Origin: Candidatus Bathyarchaeia archaeon
GTDB lineage: Archaea > Thermoproteota > Bathyarchaeia > Bathyarchaeales > Bathycorpusculaceae
DNA: 12,820 nucleotides
Assembly (NCBI GenBank): GCA_037481775.1
Contig: JBBFKZ010000013.1
Location: 36,764-49,583 of the forward strand
Direction: 5' to 3'
Shown piece by piece: positions 7,556 to 12,820 of the stretch. Positions within the stretch are counted from its first letter, which is position 1, and the number at the start of each line of letters is the position of its first letter. The translations under genes were made by a program, and so were the position numbers. The notes under the pieces are model-generated. The model saw only the letters and a list, made by a program, of their open reading frames with translations, made no database searches and was not told where the DNA came from.

Positions 7556-8374
7556 GTGAAAAACCCAAATTTCGCAAGAAACTCCGCCAAACTTGGCGCT
7601 TCCATCGTTGCCTTGCTGATGATACTGCTAACTTTCGTGCCATCGAGCTTAGCAGCTGGTAGCGTTGCGCATTCATCTGCGGCTGGAGGACCTGGATTTC
7701 CTGGAGTTTCCAACAATGCTGTGACATGTAACCGAACTGATTTAACGCCTGTGGCTCAAATGGAGCAGGTTAGGGCTGGTGAGCCTACATTATTCTGCTA
7801 TAGAAACACCACTATGCTGATGAATTGCACAAGAAACTGTAGCTTAGTTGTTACGGTGGATCCCGCAGTGAAGCCTAAGCTTTTCGGCTTTTCAATTGAC
7901 GCAAACCAGACCATGACTCTGACGATGAACGTAAGTGGCTCGCCGCTTGAAGGTGCCCGCGTCATGGAGCGAACCCTCAACTTCTACTTGGGACTTGAAC
8001 CCAACGCTACGTTGCAATTGCGCGTCCAGATACGTCTTTACATTAATCAAACCGAGCTTAATCAGGAGCTTAACAGAGAAGTCAACGTTTCAAGGCTTAC
8101 GTGGATGTATTGGAACAGGACACGCGCCGAATGGGAAGCAGTGCCAAGCTACGTGGACCAGGACGGATACCTAGTCTGCAACACAAACCACCTCTCCACT
8201 TGGACTGTTGCTGAGGTGGAAGCGGCGACAGAGAGCATCAGTGAAACAGACGCTGCAGACGTCATGGCAACAGGGAAAAATGGCATAGACGCGACCTACA
8301 TTTACGCTGGAGCAGCAGTAGCAATAATAATTCTTGCAATAGGCTTATATGCGCTTGCAAAGCACAAAAGATAA
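7556..8374 (+). CDS. Membrane-anchored surface protein (probable glycoprotein) with GPS/GAIN-like HLS motif
   Basis: GTG start with GGTGAT SD; signal peptide; ten N-x-S/T sequons; WMYWN...EWE...LVCNTNHLSTWTVA; acidic linker; C-terminal TM plus KHKR. Confidence 0.82.
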   Translation: MKNPNFARNSAKLGASIVALLMILLTFVPSSLAAGSVAHSSAAGGPGFPGVSNNAVTCNRTDLTPVAQMEQVRAGEPTLFCYRNTTMLMNCTRNCSLVVTVDPAVKPKLFGFSIDANQTMTLTMNVSGSPLEGARVMERTLNFYLGLEPNATLQLRVQIRLYINQTELNQELNREVNVSRLTWMYWNRTRAEWEAVPSYVDQDGYLVCNTNHLSTWTVAEVEAATESISETDAADVMATGKNGIDATYIYAGAAVAIIILAIGLYALAKHKR

Positions 8375-8382
8375 ACTTGAAC

Positions 8383-8400
8383 TCCTCCCTCTTTTTTTAA
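8383..8400 (+). terminator. Pyrimidine/oligo-T terminator
   Basis: TCCTCCCTCTTTTTTTAA just after TAA 8374. Confidence 0.6.
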
Positions 8401-8464
8401 CTGTTTTCAGATTGTATTTATCTATTTACGGTGGGAATTGCTTTTAAATGTGGCAGCATTAATT

Positions 8465-9703
8465 ATGGGATTGGAGGAAAGCTATTTGGATGAAGATAAA
8501 AAAGCGCAAATAAGGGAAGCATTGCGTCAGTTGCATGCTGGGGTTCCTTCTGAGCAAGTTAAAGAGAGGTTCAAGCAGGTTTTGGAGAATACCAGTTCTA
8601 TAGAAATTGCCAAAATAGAGGGGGATCTTATCAAAGAGGGTGTGAAGCGTGAGGAACTGCGGAAGCTTTGCGATGTGCACTTAGCCATTTTTAAAGAACA
8701 ATTAGAGAGGCAGGCCTCTGATTTGACTCCAACGCAGCCGATACGCATATTGATGGAAGAGCATAGGATAATGCTGCAAAAGGCAGAACAGCTTTCATCC
8801 ATCGCCAATAAACTGGCGAAAGTAAGCGAAATGCGCTATGTTGCCGACGACATCCACACAGTTACGCATATAGCAGAAGATTTTGTTGATTCAGAAAAGC
8901 ATTATTTGCGGGAAGAAAATGTGCTCTTTCCCGTTATCGAGAAGCACGGCATAACTGAGCCTCCGGCTATAATGTGGATGGAGCATGATCAAATAAGGGG
9001 CTATAAAAAGAAGCTTCGCCAACTCGTACAAGACTTGAGCGAAATTAGTTTTGAAGATTTTAAAACGCAATTGCATGATACGGCCAGCTTATTGCATAAT
9101 CAGTTGTCAAGCCATTTCTACAAAGAAAATAACATTTTGTTCCCGGCAGCTCTGTCGGTGATCACGGATCAAGAGTGGCTGGAGATTCGAAGGGAGTTCG
9201 ATGAGATCGGATATTGTTGTTTCACGCCTGTCGAACTAACTGCTTCGCCTATGCTCCAGACCGAAGCTGCCAATGTAAGCGCTAGGTCAGAAGGGATTTT
9301 GCAATTCGAAACTGGCAGCCTCACAAAGGAGGAACTTGATGGACTGCTGAATACGCTTCCAGTCGATGTTACCTTTGTAGATGCTAATGATGCTGTTAAA
9401 TACTTCAGTAAACCTGACAAACGCATCTTTGTGCGTACAAAGGCTGTGATCGGCAGAAAAGTGCAGTTGTGCCATCCCGAAAAGAGTGTTCATGTAGTAA
9501 ACAGGATTCTGAATGCCTTCAAAACTGGGAAAAAGGATCACGCTGAATTCTGGATAAACCTAAACAACCGCCTGATACACATACGCTACTTTGCTGTGCG
9601 AGACAGCCGTGGGAAATATTTGGGCACGCTTGAAGTATCTCAAGATGTAACTGACATCAAAAAACTCGAAGGCGAGAGGCGCCTTCTGGACTGGAATGAA
9701 TAA
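8465..9703 (+). CDS. DUF438 - hemerythrin-like - PAS domain protein
   Basis: DUF438-type N-terminus (LHAG...VKERF...EIAKIE..LIKEG......LCDVH); hemerythrin-like ligand motifs MEEH, KHYLREENVLFP, MWMEHD, HFYKENNILFP; C-terminal PAS (LNTLPVDVTFVD...RIFVRTKAVIGRKVQLCHP...YLGTLEVSQD). ATG 8465 preferred over TTG 8438; TATA-like TTTTAAAT at 8442-8449. Confidence 0.9.
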   Translation: MGLEESYLDEDKKAQIREALRQLHAGVPSEQVKERFKQVLENTSSIEIAKIEGDLIKEGVKREELRKLCDVHLAIFKEQLERQASDLTPTQPIRILMEEHRIMLQKAEQLSSIANKLAKVSEMRYVADDIHTVTHIAEDFVDSEKHYLREENVLFPVIEKHGITEPPAIMWMEHDQIRGYKKKLRQLVQDLSEISFEDFKTQLHDTASLLHNQLSSHFYKENNILFPAALSVITDQEWLEIRREFDEIGYCCFTPVELTASPMLQTEAANVSARSEGILQFETGSLTKEELDGLLNTLPVDVTFVDANDAVKYFSKPDKRIFVRTKAVIGRKVQLCHPEKSVHVVNRILNAFKTGKKDHAEFWINLNNRLIHIRYFAVRDSRGKYLGTLEVSQDVTDIKKLEGERRLLDWNE

Positions 9704-9843
9704 CCATTTATCAATTTCACATTAATTATTCTCAATCAAAATTTTATCTAAATTACGATGTTGATTAAGTAAACTAAGGATATTCTCTAAGATCCTGCAG
9801 GTTATTACCTTTTAAAACGTGGCTTCTTGCTAAAGATACAATG

Positions 9844-9859
9844 TCAAAAATTTTATAAA
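9844..9859 (+). promoter_or_regulatory. Putative BRE/TATA (CAAAAA-T-TTTATAAA)
   Basis: Consensus TTTATAAA at 9852-9859 with an A-rich stretch upstream, ~40 nt before TTG 9898. Confidence 0.65.
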
Positions 9860-9897
9860 CATACCTCATTAAAGAAGGAGCCGAGGGAGAATAGGAG

Positions 9898-12423
9898 TTG
9901 AAAAATTCAACTCTAAATGCAAAAGAATCTGCTGTTGCCGCTGGCATCATCTTAACCTTGCTAATGCTTACCGCAAGTATGTACGTAGCTACTGCGCAAC
10001 CAATTATCGAGCTTACCACGTATCTTTTCCTTTCAGTTGCGCCAAGCCCCGTTGGCGTTGGCCAATCCGTGTCAATTGCGGTTCAGATGGACAAGACCTC
10101 TCCAACTGCGGCAGGTGTAGTAACTGGCGAATTCTTTTCAGGCTTCACGGTGGAGATAACAAAGCCAGATGGCAGCAAAGAAACTCAGGGACCATTTAAG
10201 GCCTATTCCACATCCGGATTCTTCTTCACCTATACGCCAACAATGGAAGGTAAGTATACCTTCCAAGCGATATTTCCAGGTCAATGGATAAACACTACCA
10301 CTTTTGCTCAGACTGGCTTCGGCTATCGAACAAACACTAACTACTATTTCCGACCCAGTAAAAGTCCAATCGTAGAAGTTACAGTGCAGTCTGAACGTAT
10401 TGAGCCATATCAAAATGTGCCTTTGCCGACAGAATATTGGACTCGACCGATATACGCTGAGAATAAGGGATGGTGGAAGATGGCTGACAACTGGCTTATG
10501 CAATGCTATAACACGCCAACCAGAGATTTCTGTATGACCACCGCTTTTGCTCCATATACCAAGGCGCCTCAAAGCTCGCATATTCTCTGGACGAAGCAGA
10601 TACTTTTTGGCGGCATCGCTGGCGGGTCCTTTGAAGATAAGAAGTACTATGCAGGATTGGCCTATGAGCAGTATTATCTTCCGCTGATACTGGAGGGCAG
10701 AGTAATTTTCGTTGATCATCCGCCCACTTCAAGCGCAGACATTTTCGGAACAAGATGTATTGACTTGTACACTGGCGAAGACATTTGGTTCATAGCTAAT
10801 GAAAGTATCAGTTTCGCGCAAATATATGACATAGAAAACCCCAATGAGCATGGCCTAATAGCGCATCTATGGGCTGTTTCAGGGCCGACAACTAATGCTA
10901 CCGCAAAAATCTATGATGCGTTTACAGGCCGCTTTCTATTTACAATAACTAACATAACTTGGGGCGGTCTACAGCGTTTCCGTGCGGGTCCAACAATATT
11001 TGGAGAAAACGGAGAGATCATATCATATTACCTTGATAATGCACGGAGATCCTTGATTCTGTGGAATTCCACCTTAGCTATATTCAAAGCTTTTCCATGG
11101 GTCGGAGCAGAAGTAGGCAACATCTACAGCCCCCGAGTCGGTTCAGTAGTGGATGGACGTTTGGGCATTCAATGGAATGTTTCGGTTCCAGCTTTGCCTG
11201 GGAATCCAAGCATCACTGTTGTTGGCGAAGGTTATTTGCTTGCGCAGGATCGAGTAGGCGTTTCAACTGCGGGTCAGTATAAATCTCAGTTTATAACTAT
11301 TGATGTTGCTTTTGACGCGAAGACTGGTCAGATGCTTTGGACACAAAATAGAACAGACTTGTACGCTGCTTATTTCAGGCCGCCAATGGTTATCAGCGAA
11401 GGTAAATACATTCTGTTTGATGAAGCTGAGTTGCGTTTGTACTGTTTTGACATTAAAACTGGAAACCGTGTCTGGGTCAGCGATCCCGCGCCTTCAGCAT
11501 GGGACATATTCACCTATCAAATTCACATAGCTTACGGCAAAGTTTACACTACTAGCTACAGCGGTCATGTCTTCGCTTATGATCTCAACACTGGGAAGCT
11601 TGCGTGGGACTTCTACATGGGCAATGCTGGAGTTGAGACTGTTTACGGTTCTTGGCCCACCTATAATGGCTTCACCATAGCTGATGGAAAAATTTATGTG
11701 GCAAATGATGAACACTCGCCTGACTCGGTTGCCTGGAGAGGCGGAAAGCTGTGGTGCATAAATGCAACGACCGGCGAGTTAATCTGGAGTCTTTCCGGCT
11801 GGCTGAGGAACCCAGCGATTTCAGATGGCATTTTAACAGCGCTTAATTACTTGGACGGGCGTGTCTATACCATAGGTAAGGGTCCGAGCAGAACCAGCCT
11901 TGAGGTTTCGCCTGAAATCGCAGTGCACGGCAGCAAAGTGCTTGTCAAAGGCATGGTAACCGACATTTCGCCTGGCACCAGAGAATTGGCTGTTGCGGCG
12001 CGGTTCCCGAACGGTGTTCCTGTTGTTGCTGATGAGAGTATGAGCGCTTGGATGGAGTACTTGTATATGCAGAAGCCTAAGCCTACTGACGTGAAGGGCG
12101 TTGAAGTGACTGTTACTGTGCTTGATCCGAATGGTAACTGTTATGATGTGGCTAAGGCTACGAGCGACGTGAACGGCTTTTACAGCGCGACGTTTGAGCC
12201 GCCTGTTCCTGGCAAGTACACTGTTATCGCCACGTTCACCGGTTCAGAATCCTACTACGGGTCTGTTGCGGAAACAGCCATATACGTTGAGGAGGCGCCT
12301 GCTGCTACGCCTGCTGCTACGCCTGCTCCTCAGGCGCCTGTTGAAACCTACTTTGCTGTCTCCACTGTAGCCATAATATTGGCAATTGCGGTTGCTGTGT
12401 TTCTGATACTTCGAAAACGTTAG
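9898..12423 (+). CDS. Membrane-anchored PQQ-like beta-propeller repeat surface protein
   Basis: Signal peptide; beta-rich N-terminal domain; repeated propeller motifs DLYTGEDIW, DAKTGQMLW, DIKTGNRVW, DLNTGKLAW, NATTGELIW; beta-rich C-terminal domain; PAAT linker; TM plus RKR. Confidence 0.88.
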   Translation: MKNSTLNAKESAVAAGIILTLLMLTASMYVATAQPIIELTTYLFLSVAPSPVGVGQSVSIAVQMDKTSPTAAGVVTGEFFSGFTVEITKPDGSKETQGPFKAYSTSGFFFTYTPTMEGKYTFQAIFPGQWINTTTFAQTGFGYRTNTNYYFRPSKSPIVEVTVQSERIEPYQNVPLPTEYWTRPIYAENKGWWKMADNWLMQCYNTPTRDFCMTTAFAPYTKAPQSSHILWTKQILFGGIAGGSFEDKKYYAGLAYEQYYLPLILEGRVIFVDHPPTSSADIFGTRCIDLYTGEDIWFIANESISFAQIYDIENPNEHGLIAHLWAVSGPTTNATAKIYDAFTGRFLFTITNITWGGLQRFRAGPTIFGENGEIISYYLDNARRSLILWNSTLAIFKAFPWVGAEVGNIYSPRVGSVVDGRLGIQWNVSVPALPGNPSITVVGEGYLLAQDRVGVSTAGQYKSQFITIDVAFDAKTGQMLWTQNRTDLYAAYFRPPMVISEGKYILFDEAELRLYCFDIKTGNRVWVSDPAPSAWDIFTYQIHIAYGKVYTTSYSGHVFAYDLNTGKLAWDFYMGNAGVETVYGSWPTYNGFTIADGKIYVANDEHSPDSVAWRGGKLWCINATTGELIWSLSGWLRNPAISDGILTALNYLDGRVYTIGKGPSRTSLEVSPEIAVHGSKVLVKGMVTDISPGTRELAVAARFPNGVPVVADESMSAWMEYLYMQKPKPTDVKGVEVTVTVLDPNGNCYDVAKATSDVNGFYSATFEPPVPGKYTVIATFTGSESYYGSVAETAIYVEEAPAATPAATPAPQAPVETYFAVSTVAIILAIAVAVFLILRKR
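12296..12327 (+). repeat. 12-bp tandem repeat (CGCCTGCTGCTA x2.7) encoding the PAATPAATPA linker
   Basis: Read directly from the sequence. Confidence 0.85.
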
Positions 12424-12451
12424 GTTCTGCAGAAAACCCGCGGCCCCTAAT

Positions 12452-12473
12452 CCCCCTTTTTTTAAGCTTTTTT
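12452..12473 (+). terminator. Pyrimidine/oligo-T terminator
   Basis: CCCCCTTTTTTTAAGCTTTTTT about 30 nt after TAG 12423. Confidence 0.6.
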
Positions 12474-12570
12474 GGTAGTTGCAGATGATTTGTGGCGTCA
12501 GGAATTAGTTGTTCTCGAAAATTCTTTGCGGGCTCTTCATTTTCTTTTTTGGTGGTTTTTTAGGTTTAAT

Positions 12571-12585
12571 GGGAAATTTTTATAT
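12571..12585 (+). promoter_or_regulatory. Putative BRE/TATA (GGGAAA-TTTTTATAT)
   Basis: Purine BRE-like stretch plus TATA-like box ~55 nt upstream of GTG 12641. Confidence 0.55.
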
Positions 12586-12640
12586 TGCTATTCAGTCAAT
12601 AATGCTTTCCAATTGGGGCTAAGCCATGGTGAGACTTGGC

Positions 12641-12820
12641 GTGTTGGGGGCTAAATTTGTAATGTTTAAAGCTGCTGGCTCTGCCAGGTCTCGGTTTTTG
12701 GTTGATCGAGCCTCTTTGTTGAGTTTGAAGAAGAAGGCGTTGCGTGCTGGTGTATGGTTTAGGGCGTTATCGCGGCTTGATCGTGTCTTTTTGAGTTTAA
12801 CCATTAAGGTGGCTGATGTT
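12641..12820 (+). CDS. Hypothetical basic protein, 3'-truncated by the window edge (absent from ORF track)
   Basis: Open frame from ATG 12626/GTG 12641 (SD GGTGA 12628-12632) to the window end: ...LVDRASLLSLKKKALRAGVWFRALSRLDRVFLSLTIKVADV. Upstream BRE/TATA present. Confidence 0.65.
   Translation, partial: MLGAKFVMFKAAGSARSRFLVDRASLLSLKKKALRAGVWFRALSRLDRVFLSLTIKVADV

Noticed and set aside
9734-9766. Imperfect inverted repeat AATCAAAAT...ATGTTGATT
   Set aside because: Expected by chance in very AT-rich intergenic DNA; no second copy seen.
10138-10753. Antisense ORFs inside the propeller gene, and similar short ORFs nested in lon, QC and the DUF438 gene
   Set aside because: Nested within well-supported long CDSs with no independent signals.
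12340-12423. C-terminal TM plus basic tail as an archaeosortase signal (also at the end of 7556-8374)
   Set aside because: No PGF-like or other clearly shared signature motif; a plain membrane anchor suffices.
12619-12804. Minus-strand 61-aa ORF
   Set aside because: Antisense shadow of a + strand frame that has promoter, SD and a more protein-like sequence.
1-12820. CRISPR arrays, tRNA/rRNA genes, IS elements, integrases
   Set aside because: No regularly spaced repeats, cloverleaf-like sequence, terminal inverted repeats or transposase motifs seen by eye.

Overview
Archaeal chromosomal window. GGTGA-type Shine-Dalgarno sites, BRE/TATA promoters, oligo-T terminators, a Dph6-type gene and a long membrane-anchored PQQ-like beta-propeller suggest Bathyarchaeia or a relative (inference). 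Gene order: 3' end of diphthine-ammonia ligase (+); soluble LonC-type protease (+); convergent exported glutaminyl cyclase (-); tiny 6-Cys desulforedoxin-like protein (+); small membrane protein (+); coiled-coil protein (-); DUF559/Vsr-like nuclease (+); a three-gene module of a secreted all-helical protein (+), a membrane-spanning winged-HTH regulator (-) and a sequon-rich surface protein (+); DUF438-hemerythrin-PAS protein (+); PQQ-like propeller surface protein (+); and the 5' part of a + strand gene missed by the ORF track. The main observation is the 5354-8374 module. The two exported-protein genes share a ~44-bp upstream element (34/44 identical columns, similar distance from the start codon), and a degenerate third copy points toward the regulator. 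One putative target carries a GPS/GAIN-like 'W..W..CxTNHL|STW' autoproteolysis-like motif before its membrane anchor. No RNA genes, CRISPR arrays or IS elements were seen.
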